From the NCBI GenBank assembly GCA_002269645.1, contig NIVC01000754.1:186001-250000 (forward strand): a stretch of 64,000 nt of DNA, read 5' to 3'. A program made the position numbers and the translations under genes. The DNA comes from Macrostomum lignano (taxonomy: Eukaryota). Under the pieces are notes generated by a model. That model was not told the origin of the DNA. It searched no databases and saw only the letters and a program-made list of their open reading frames with translations. Positions 25,724 to 37,200 of the stretch are shown in pieces. The stretch's first letter is position 1, and every line of letters begins with the position of its first letter.

Positions 25724-26489
25724 GGCCCGGCCTACCGCACTTCCAGCATGTCACAACTTTGCGTCTGTCGCCGCTCTGACGATGATCCTGGTCCTTTGAC
25801 TGCCAGCGGCTGAGCTTGTTGGACAGCTCCTTCAGAGACCGTTGAATTCCGACTGCAAAGGCTTCGGGAACCTCAGCAGCTAGAGCCGTAGTGGTGTCTA
25901 TTTGCGACTGTTTCGATTCCACGAATCGCCCTGTTTCAACTGTATCTGCGAATGTCGCCTTTGGCTGCATCTGCGTCTGCATTCGCACGGCTGGGTCCCT
26001 CAATCCGGATAGAAGCCGACCTTTGAGCAGCTCGTCCTTCGCCGTCACTGACGTCTCCTACTCGGGACCAGCTTTCGTCTCCATCAGACTCGGGAACGCA
26101 CGCTTTGCCGCAACGATCAGGGCATCGGAATAGTCTGCAACCGACTGACCGTCCTTTTGAGTCAGATTGAAGAACTGCGCCTGCAGCTCAGCAGAGGATG
26201 TTGATGGCCGAAATCGATTTTTCAGAGCCTTCTCAAAGTCGTCGTAGGACAGGGCAGCATCCAAATTGCTGGCCGCTTGATATGATTTGTCGTCGAGGAA
26301 TGACAGCAGAGCATTCTTGCGCTGATCCACAGGAAGAGATGATGCAAAATTGTTGAATCGCGCCAGCCAAAGTTCAAAGTCTTGTTCATGCTGGTATTGA
26401 GGCGGCCGCAAAAACATGTTGGCAAAACTAGCTTGGGGCTGAGTCACCGCCACTGTAGGGCTCTCTGCACTGCCTTCATTTTCAGTCAT
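25700..26489 (-). pseudogene. gag: gag of gypsy C with in-frame TAG near 26058
   Basis: ORFs 26058-26507 and 25539-26048 are in one frame. CCHC knuckle CWKCGRPGHVQRFC. Confidence 0.85.
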
Positions 26490-26507
26490 AGCCGCCGCTG
26501 CCACCAA

Positions 26508-26677
26508 TGTAAGAACAAGCGAAAACGAGAAATAGGCTTAAGGCGTAGACCGACTCTTGGCTGCCCCGGGCGCCAAGGCACTGACTTGTATATTATGGTT
26601 GTACAGCGAGCAAATGTACATACGCGTTGAGCTAGTTAACTTGCGCACACACAATTAACTAAGCAAACCATCTTACA
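26508..26677 (-). repeat. 5' LTR of gypsy C (170 bp)
   Basis: TG...CA termini with TGTAAG/CTTACA inverted ends, followed by a PBS. Confidence 0.8.
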
Positions 26678-27224
26678 GTTATATATATTTCACTTTAAGC
26701 AGCTGTTTTGAATTTGATGAATTTCAATTATAGATACGAGTACAAGTGTTTCTAATTTTACTACTTTTCTACATCAAGTTCCTGAAAGTATGTCATGTCA
26801 GCATTTTTTCTACCATGTTGACATGAGATCACCATTTTATCCCCTTTATCCCCTGGGACCCCGATGATGGGACCCGGATGGGATGTCTCGGCGATTCTAG
26901 TCGTCTGGGCCGACAAGTTATCGATTGCAGTCGGTTTGGTCCGGAGCTGAACTTCGAGCTCCATTCTAGTGCTTAAGTTGACATCCCTTTTCAATTCAGA
27001 GGCGTAGAGCATTTTCAGTCCTCATTAGTTGATTAAAAATCCTAAAAACTTACAAAGCACAACAGTAGAGGACGTAAAAATACCTAAGCTATTGTGTAAG
27101 TTTCAGCACTGCAGACGCTCAAAGCAATGGAAACGCTAACAGAAGAACCAGAAGGGACTATGTTGCTTTAAGAAATCATGGGCCAAATACTGTAGACAAA
27201 ACTGTCGAAAACAGAAACCTTAAC

Positions 27225-28253
27225 TTACTCCAATAACTGATCAAATTTCAAAATCCTTGATTCCAAAAAACCTCTCGGCCTAACGCCGCCAGTTATACTA
27301 CTCGAAGTATTTCGAAGTAATACTTTGAAGTGTTCCGTCAGGAACTCGTGCTCCAGCAGCTCCTGTGCTGACTTTCTGCTTTTGCGATCCTTGGCAGTGC
27401 AGCGACTGTAGAAATCCCTCAGCTCTGCGGATCGGCCGTCCGGCAGTGCGGGGGCGCCGCTGTTTGCGAGGCTCCATGCGACTTGATAAACGCTTCGAGT
27501 GCCTCTGAACGGCCTCGCGCCAGACGCCATCTGGAAGACCGAGCAGCCGAACGCCCAGATGTCCGACTCTCTGCTGTACTGCACGCTGTCCGACTCTCCC
27601 GCTCCGAGCAGCTCTGGTGCCATGAAGTTCTGAGTGCCTTTGGGTGACTGAGTGGAGGCTGAGATGTGGCTGACTGACTGCTCCAGCTTGACTGACAGGC
27701 CGAAGTCGATCAGCTTGATTCGCATGTTGTCAGCACAAACAATTATGTTCGAGCAGTTGATGTCTCTGTGGATCACGGGCGGCTGCCGGCTGTGCAGGTA
27801 GAGCAGCGCGCGGCAGATCTGCGAGCGGTCGGTCGGTGAGCAGCCATCATTCATGAGAACATGGAACAGGAGCATCAAGGATGCACAATGCTCACCTGCT
27901 TGCTGAAGTCTCGAATCTTTGGCTCGTTCAGCGGCTTGTTGTCGATAAGCCTCTCCAAGCTTCGGCCGTCCAGCAGCTCCATAAACACAACGACTGTGGC
28001 GGGCTCCGGCTGAGCCATGTGCAAGAACCTGACGATGTTGGGATGCCGCAGTCGGCACAGGTTTCTCTCGCTCTCGACAGCTCTGTGGATCTCTTTGCTC
28101 ACAGAGGTTTGGTCATCACCGAGCTGCACAGGCAGTTTGAGAGTCTTGGCAGCGCACGTGACGCCCGTGTCAGTTCGAACTTCGTGGACTTCGCCGAAGC
28201 CTCCGCGGCCGATGAGGCGAACGGCGTCCCAGCGGAATGGTGAGCCTTCGGAT
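27225..28253 (-). CDS. Ser/Thr kinase domain exons of copy 2
   Basis: GRGGFG, CAAK, HRDINCSN, DFGLS, GTQNFMAPE, DIWAFGC. The 77-nt intron is in the same position as in copy 1. Confidence 0.92.
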
Positions 28254-31200
28254 CTGACAGACGCAAATTGAGGCAATGAGAGACAAATTGCATGCTGTAG
28301 CTGTGTGTGCTGTAGCTGTGTGTGCTGTTGCTTTGTGTGCTGTTGCTTTGTGTGCTGTAGCTGTGTGTGCTGTAGCTGTGTGTGCTGTTGCTGTGTGTGC
28401 TGTAGCTGTGTGTGCTGTTGCTGTGTGTGCTGTAGCTGTGTGTGCTGTAGCTGTGTGTGCTGTAGCTGTGTGTGCTGTTGCTTTGTGTGCTGTAGCTGTG
28501 TGTGCTGTAGCTGTGTGTGCTGTAGCTGTGTGTGCTGTAGCTGTGTGTGCTATAGCTGTGTGTGCTGTAGCTGTGTGTGCTGTTGCTGTGTGTGCTGTTG
28601 CTTTGTGTGCTGTTGCTTTGTGTGCTGTTGCTTTGTGTGCTGTTGCTTTGTGTGCTGTAGCTGTGTGTGCTGTTGCTTTGTGTGCTGTTGCTGTGTGTGC
28701 TGTTGCTTTGTGTGCTGTAGCTGTGTGTGCTGTAGCTGTGTGTGCTGTTGCTGTGTGTGCTGTTGCTTTGTGTGCTGTAGCTGTGTGTGCTGTAGCTGTG
28801 TGTGCTGTAGCTGTGTGTGCTGTAGCTGTGTGTGCTATAGCTGTGTGTGCTGTAGCTGTGTGTGCTGTTGCTGTGTGTGCTGTTGCTTTGTGTGCTGTTG
28901 CTTTGTGTGCTGTTGCTTTGTGTGCTGTTGCTTTGTGTGCTGTAGCTGTGTATGCTGTTGCTTTGTGTGCTGTAGCTGTGTGTGCTGTAGCTGTGTGCTG
29001 TAGCTGTGTGTGCTGTAGCTGTGTGTGCTGTAGCTGTGTGCTGTAGCTGTGTGTGCTGTAGCTGTGTGCTAAAGGAACTCACGGCAGTGCCAGAGGCTCG
29101 TCGAAGTAAATCTTGCCGTCGTACCTAAATAGGCAGGTGAAACTCAGATGAAAGCCCATGCTCTGTACCTTAGTTCTTTCTTTTGTTAAAATAATTTATG
29201 AAATGGAATTCATAAATACATTCTGCTTTATGGTAAAAGTCCGTAATACAAGCGTATTATCAGAAAAGCAAATTTCAGACGTGGAGTTTAAACTCAACTG
29301 TCACAGCAAGAATGCTTGCTGTTGTCTCATAGCTCGCAGGCAGCTGAACATTAATATTCAACTGGAATCTGCAGTCAAACTGCACTGCAAACTCCCTCAA
29401 TGCAGCTCAGTCAGTGTCTGCTGCCCATTTAAACTACAAAAATATAAAAATTCCCACTCAGAGTAACGGCAGTCAGCTGCTCAATATTCAATCATAAATT
29501 ACAGCATGTTTATCAATGATAAATCAAAGTCAGAGAGACATTCTCAGTCGCCATGGAAACTCACCCACGCAGCAGCTCAGCCAGTTCGTTCCTTCCCTTT
29601 TGTGTGGTCAAATCCAGCGCAGTCCTGCCGCTTCTATCCTTCAGACGCCAATCCGCCCCTGAGTCCAGCAGAAGCCGACCGACTGTGGCGGCGGTGGCGG
29701 GGGGCGCAAAGGCTGCCTCCATGAGTGGCGTCAATTCACGCAGACCTTCCCTGGCATTGGCGGAGGCTCCGGCAGCCAGCAGGGCGGAGGCTGCGGCAAA
29801 ATTGCCAGCCCCGGCTGCCCAGTGCAGGCAACTGTCAGCCACTCTATCCGCACAGGTGGGGTCACCCAGCTGCACCAGCTGCTCCCAAAGAGCCTCATCA
29901 CCGCACGAGCTGTTCTGAGCTGCCCACATCAAAGCGGTCCAACCCCAAGAGTCAGGCAGGTCGCAGTTGCCGCGGGTCGCCGCTCGCCGCAGCCCCGCCG
30001 AGTCGCCCGCCTTGGCCAGCCGCTGCAGTTCCTGTCGATCCGCCTCCTCCTGCAAAGACGAGCGGGAAATTTGAGCACAGCTGCTCAGCTGCAGCCGCAT
30101 CGGCACCGCAGATGCCGCTCACCTGGGCTGTCAGGTCGGAGATCCTTCCATCTGCATTCATAACCAGCCGTATCTCCCTGCAACAGCAAAAATGACCAAC
30201 GAATTAGCAATTTTCTCAAATCCAATAATATGCACGATCGCCAAAATCAAAATTTTAGATGTAAGATAGAATTGTCAGGATAGATTTGTGGTGGTAGCTG
30301 CTAGCTAGAGCTAGCGTTGTTGCACTTTACCCAATCATATCCTCGTTTTGTCTCTGGTAGCAACCAGCTATACGTTCTTAAGCTTTCGCTCTCAGCCTCT
30401 CACTCATGTTGTAATTTCCTATGCTTAAATAAACTCTGTGCTGCTTCAACATTATTGCCAAAGTGCCGACAGCTTCGTTCAAACTACGACAATGGCGTCG
30501 CGGCTTGGCAATCTGGATCTTACAGACACGGTTCATGCATTAACCTGGATTAAGGAATTCAAAGCCTTGGCTCGAACCAAGAAGTGGGAAGATAAAGAAA
30601 CAGAATGACAAATCACGGACAACTTTTTAGAGCTCTGTGGTCTAGCAGCTCTCGAAAAAGTTACTCATCTTGTCGCTCCAAAAGAAGTGGAAGCATACAC
30701 TTTTGCGGAGCTAGAGACTGCCATTACGAACTTTCTGCAACCCCAAAAGCACCTTGTCGTTGCTGAGAGAACTGAATTCTTTACGCTACGTTACGCCCAT
30801 AATGAGCCCATTACGAAGTTCCTTTCTCGCTTCAGGAAGGGGACCACGTACTGCGAGTTCGATGCTCTAAAAACCTGCACCAGCCCGGAAGAGGAAATGG
30901 TACGTCTGATGCTCATCTCTGGCCTGCAGGACCCAGAAGATCAACGACGCCTTCTGGGAGCCATGCAAACGAAAGACTTGAAGATCACCGAAATCGTGGA
31001 TATTGTCAGGACTACCGAAAGTAGAAGGCATGAGGGGGCTTTTGGGACAAAATTTTTCACATCCTCCATAATCCCAGTAAATCCATCCATATTATCCCCG
31101 ACAGAATCAGAAAAAAAGGGGGGTCGCACTCGCTCACAAAACGTCCTCCATAATCCCATTAAATCCATCCATATTATCCCTGACAGAATCAGAGCATTAT

Positions 31201-34200
31201 CCCTGACAGAATCAGAGCATAACAGGTGTCCACTAACACCTGTTATGCTCACTGACACAGACATAATCCACCAACATCCACCCATAGCATCTTCGAAACA
31301 ATCAGAAAATAATCTGCATTCTTCTCCCCACATTCAATCCGAAGCGTTGAAACCAGATCCCTAAAACTTTAAATCCCCTAACCCAGGGTCCTTACCCTTT
31401 GAAAAAAAATTAAATTTTCTCTAAAAATGTTTCCAGTTGTCTCTTCAGGTTCCTATTATACTCAGCCTCATCTATTGTATAAATCCAAGTACCGTTGCAA
31501 ACTAGAATGCAGCGAGTACATGAGAAAATATTGGCCCGGCGTTGATGTCAATGTCCCTAATATTAATCAAGCACTTAAATCTCACTGGTTTGAAAAACAC
31601 GGACTATTCATTAACAATTTTGACAGCTATTATAACTTTGCTGAAGTTATAAGGCAGTTGTAGTAGCCAACTAAAAGGTTGTACCCTGTAGAGTGCAGAC
31701 GCAAGATCTAAAAAATACTGACTAAATCATGTGCAGCATAAAGCGGCTCGTATTTGTAAGCGATAGCTTACTGATAGTAAAGCTATTTGAACATGGTGCG
31801 AATTCCTCACATGGTGGACTAGAAAATGTCGCCATGTGCAAGGGCGTATAAATAGCAGTTCCACTCAGCTGGCTAGAGGTGGAGCCGACCTCGCGTGGCT
31901 ATGACTGACTGACGAAAGCAAAAAAAGCCCAAAACCGGTCTCAGTCTGCCCCGCATGGTTCGATTCCCACTGATAACATGATTTTCACGAACGTTCGTAA
32001 AAATCATGTGCAGCATAAAGCGGCTCTCAGTGGTTACATGATTTTTACGAACTTTCGTAAAAATCATGTGCAGCATAAAGCGGCTCTCAGTGGTTACAAG
32101 TTTTCTCGAACGTTCGTGAAAATCATGTGCAGCATAGAGAAAAAAAGCTTGCCCAGCTCAAGGATTCCTAAACTAGCTCAAAGGATCCCTCGCCTAACTT
32201 CACAAACGCCCATTTAGTTCCTTGTTTAAACCCCCAGCCTTCTCAACCCCCAGCTCTTTCAGCAGAACTCCTAGTTTTTTCCTTGGCGCGTGCAGTACAA
32301 AGCCCACCCCGCCCTCTCTCCCCGTACACCAACCCCCGACGCACACCCCCAACCCCAGTTTTGTCTTACCAAAAATAACCGCCTTGACTAATTTCCTAGC
32401 AATAGACTCGCGAAATCCGCTTGAAGCCCCTATATTGTCTAGTCTCCTAAGCATTTCTTTGTCCCAACGATTCTTCTCCTCAGGAAAATCTCTATATTTA
32501 ACATCGTGCCACATGCAGACAGAGTCTAGCTCGTTCACAGGCTCATGCCCAGGATTTGGATTATTGTTTTTATCTAACTGTATTTCAAGTGGATTCAAAG
32601 GCCCGCAATATTTATAGCCGGGAAGTGTCCAGCCTTTGTTTGGATGAGGAAGCTTTTCTATCAGTCCATGTGAATCTATTTTACCACCAGAGCGTTGCAT
32701 TATTTTATTTAAAATTTTCTTTTTAAAAAAATGACAGATCAGAAACTTAAAAAAACTCTACTACAGCGACAAAGGATTCTTTGTAGGAAAAAATGCAGTC
32801 ACCAAACTCACAGAACTAAGTAAGGAACCAAAAGCTAAAGTAGAAAAGTGGCTCTCTAAGCAAGCAGTCTACCAAGTCTATTTCCCACCAGTAAAATTTG
32901 AAAGGCCCCATTTCAGTATTTATAAACCTAATGAAGCGCACCAAGCAGACCTTCTGTTTCTCCCCAATGACTCGGGCTACAAGTATGCTCTCACAATTAC
33001 AGACGTTGCCTCCAGATATAAGGAAGCGAGACCGCTTAAGACGAAGAAGTCAGAAGCAGTTGCAGCCGCCCTTCAAGATATTTATAAAAACTCTCCGCTC
33101 ACATACCCCCAAATCTTTATGACCGACCCGGGTAAAGAATTCTATGGGGCAGTCAAATCCCTTATGGAAAAGAAAAATACAAAAATTCGCTATGGCAGAA
33201 CAAACTTGCACAGAGACCAAGCGTACGTTGAGAGATTCAATCTAACTCTAGCCAAGAGGCTATTCACTAAGCAGTCAGCTGAAGAGCTGAAACTAAAAAG
33301 TGGTCAGTACTATACCAAGTGAACAGACCGGCTCCCCACTGTTATAGAGCAACTGAACAATGAAGTCACGCGCATGACTGGATTGAAACCATCCCATGCA
33401 ATTAAACAAGACACTGTCAAACTTAAGGCAACTCATAGAACAGACAACAACACGACAACCCCACACATCACACGCAACACAAAACACACCTCGAACTACC
33501 CTAAGCTTCCAGCAGTTGAATCACCATACATACTGACAAACTCTGAGGTTCTACGCTTTTTATATCTACCTGGAGAGCTAGAGAAGGACACTAAAAGAAG
33601 AGCTACAGATCCATACTTCAGCCTTGATGTACATAAAATAGACAGACATTTTACCTCCGACTCCAGTGACTATTTCTTTTTATCTCAAGCCTTTAACCCT
33701 AAATTCCCCACACGGTCATTCACTAGAGCTGAACTCCTAGTGATACCAGCTGACACAGAAATTAATTAAAATATTAAAATAAAAAAATGACAAAGATTGA
33801 AACCAGAACCATCAATAAACTCAATAAAATCATTGAATCAAAGAAACCAGGTCTTATATCAATAAAAGGTGTCAAAGTTAAGGTTGATCACACACAGCAA
33901 ATAGTTCAATGTAATGAGCAAAGACACAGCATCACAGATGAAAAGTCAGGAGGAATCCTACCATTAGCAGCTCTTATTCCAATCATTGCAGGCGCTGTAA
34001 GTGCCGCAGGTGGTGTAGCTGGAGGTGTAGCAACTGCTGTTAAAGCTGGGAATGATAGAGCCCACCAGCTGGGATTGCAAAAGATTGCAAGAGATAAAGG
34101 TATAACAATTAAGGCAGGAGAGGGCTGCCCGGATTTTGATGATCGTGATGATTGTGATGATTGTGAGCATGAAAATTATATAAGCAAGTCTGACATTGTC

Positions 34201-37200
34201 AAAGCCATCATGACACTGCACAATGCTGGGTTTACAATAATGCGCATGTGATGAGGTTTAAAACCCCACTTTATCCAGCTTCATAAACCTAACGCTACTT
34301 ATAGGATGTAGAAACAGTTCAACTTTTCTATCAGGGTGGTAACCCTCAAAAAAATTTTTATTTTAGAGAAAAAAAATGCCAAAAGCCAATCCAGCAAAAT
34401 ATTTGGTCAACAAATATTTTTCAAAAGGCGTCTTATTTCAAGACAAAAGTAATTTACTAAGAGAAGCATGTAAACAAAAGTTTAACACCGACCCTGGTCA
34501 CCTGGGAAGCTATGAGAAACAGTTGGAAATCATCAATCAATTAGAATCCAACCAGTATGCGCCTATACAAAATCCTGCAAAGGAACACCAAGAGAGGAGT
34601 CGCAACTTAGTTAACAAATACGAAACTCTCACTGGTGAAAAAGCAAAGTACCCACAAAATAAGCAGGAACAAGAGAAATTAGAGCAATTAATCCATTTAA
34701 AAGAGTCGGAGCTTGCCATTGAAGAGATTAATTTTGCACAGAGGAAGTTTACAGAACATTACATAGAGTACACAATCCCAATAAACGGCACCAACCAAAT
34801 TAACGACACCAACGGCACTACCGCAAACATCTACGACTATAAAGACAGCATCCAATCAGTTGTTGATCACACACTCAAAACACGCAAGACCTTTAAACTA
34901 CAGATATCATTCAAGATTGCGTTTTATATGCCTGCAAAACCCACTGAGCATCTCGAGTATTACATGACAACAAAGGCAAAGCCATTCACCCCAACAGACA
35001 CACTGGATCCTTTCCTTCAAGATGTCACTAAGAAAATTGAAGCGTTTACATCCAGAGGTTCCGGATGGGTCGTGGGAGGGATTCAAAGAGCGACTGTCAT
35101 GGTCATGAAATATGATCCACTTAAAGCCTCCTCTTATATAGAGCTCCCGCATAAGCTAGCCGGCAAAAAAAAGCTTGGATAAATGTTAAAAATAAAGACA
35201 ATTGCTGTGCTCTACGGGCAGTTCTTTCTGCACTTCTTCATGATAGTGTCCTTCACCACCCCGAAAGAACCTCAAATTATCAAAATTATTTCAACTACTA
35301 TCTCATCGAATGCGAAAAGAAGGGAATCAGGTTTGACAAAGGAGGCTTGGCGATCTCTCAGATCCCAAAGCTAGAAGAAGTGTTTAATAACAAAATTAGA
35401 ATCACAGTCTTTGAGTGGAGTGAAAAAACTGAGAAAGTTCAACCGGTCAGATGTAGCAAAGACGTTTTAGATCCTGAGGGGAAAAGGCGGACTGAAGTGG
35501 ATCTTCTAGTGATTGGTAATTTACTAGAGGAGGCTCACTATGTTTGGATTAAAGATCTTTCAAGACTCATTCACAAGCAGTTGAATAATCATCACGAGGC
35601 TGTTGCCATCTGCCGCTTGTGCCTTAAGCATTACAGTGGACCTGAACGCTTTGAAAAACTAGCAGAGCATGAATTATCATGCGAGGATCACCCAACAAAC
35701 TGCTCTCTTCCTTCAGCTGAAGAGAAGTATCTCCGGTTTAAGAACTATCATAAGATGGAGAAGCTCCCATTTGTTGTATATGCTGATTTCGAATGCTCAA
35801 TCATTCCAGAAACTCAAAAACAAACTCAAACTCAAAAACATGTCCCCAATTCAGTAGCATATGCCTTTATTAATACAAAAGGACTTGTTGAGTATAATTA
35901 TTTCTTTGGAGAGCAGTGTTAGAGTTGCAAAGAGTAATTAGCACCCTTCAACCTGTTCCAATAAGTATGTCTGAGGAGGATGAAAGCAATTTCCTATCAG
36001 CAACTCATTGTCACATCTGCAAGAAACAGTTAACTTGCACTAATATTAAAAACCCTACCGTTAGGGACCACTGCCACTTTACTGGGAAATTTAGAGGCGC
36101 CGCGCATAACACCTGTAATCTAAAGCTAAAATCGAACATTCATGATCTAACGATATTTTGTCACAACGCAAAGAACTATGACATGCATTTAATAGTTGAA
36201 AAAATCGGCATGATTCCAGACATACACCTTGATTGCATCGCAGAGAACAAGGAGAAGTTTAAGTGTGTTGATATTAAACAGGATAATTCGGGTACAGGTA
36301 AAATAAGACTGAAGGATTCATATCAATTTCTAGCTGCCAGTCTAGACGAACTAAGCAAGAATCTAAAAGATGAACAATGTACATATACAAATGTTTGCAA
36401 GTAAAATTAACAACAGTGATGAATCATTTAAACTTTTAAGAAAGAAAGGCTTCTACCCCTATGAAATATTACTGGTATCACGTATTTGAAGAAGGTTTAC
36501 CACCACAGGAGAAGTTCTTTTCAAAGCTAACAGACTCTGGAATCTCTGACAAAGACTATGAGCACGCGAAGCATGTCTATAATTACTTTAATTGTCAAAA
36601 CTTCTTCCAGTATCACCTGCTTTACCTCTTCACAGATGTGTTTCTGCTGGCTGATGTGTTTGAAACCTTCAGATACACCTGGTACACAGCATATGGCCTC
36701 GATCCAGCACATTATGTGTCTCTGCCTGCCACTAGCTGGGAATCTTTGCTTAAAATGAAATGGGATCAAGATCCAGATTGGTACATTGAACTTCTTACAG
36801 ACATTGACATGTACAATTTTGTCGAATCGTCAAAGCGAGGGGGATCTCAATTTGCGTTAACAGGTATGCAAAAGCAAACAATCCCTACATTGAATCTTAC
36901 AATAAGGAGCAGCCCTCAAACTACATTACTTACTTGGACGCTAATAATCTCTACGGTGGGCGATGAGTCAAGATCTTCCAGTTAGAGATTTTCGATGGCT
37001 ACCCTCATCAGAACTAAAGTGGGACTTTTCATTGGCTGCCATTTATGAGGTTGATGTTTACATTCCACCAGAGCTTCACGACTATTTCTCTGACTTTCCA
37101 CCCTTCCCAGAGAACATCAAGTGCCCGAAAATAATCGAAACTCCCAATGGAACTTGGCACCTGTCAGGAACAGAAAAAGAACATACAGAGAAACTAACAC

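Larger units (their letters stand above)
22015..26677 (-). mobile_element. Ty3/gypsy LTR retrotransposon C, lacking its 3' LTR
   Basis: 5' LTR TGTAAG...CTTACA at 26677-26508 and PBS-like TGGTGGCAGCGG. Order is gag, PR, RT, RH, IN. No matching LTR is present near 22 kb. Confidence 0.92.

Noticed and set aside
26040-26070. Programmed stop-codon read-through in gypsy C gag
   Set aside because: The TAG lies mid-gag rather than at the gag-pol boundary, and the element has other lesions. A nonsense mutation is simpler.
26761-27012. 83-aa ORF as the last exon of kinase copy 2
   Set aside because: A donor exists near 27228, but the acceptors I tested gave early stops and did not join this ORF in phase.
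28099-29082. Cys-rich (metallothionein- or keratin-like) and HSYST-repeat ORFs, also at 16368-16874 and 55708-56817
   Set aside because: They are satellite translations lying inside introns defined by conserved splice sites.
30687-31364. 225-aa ORF as a single gene, and mirrored ORFs 44914-45543, 30941-31333 and 44945-45271
   Set aside because: They are chimeras of gypsy gag and Polinton TIR read-through. The mirroring only reflects the TIRs.
31855-31975. Bona fide tRNA gene
   Set aside because: The T-stem and acceptor stem do not pair properly and the A-to-B box spacing is long. It is kept only as a Pol III candidate.
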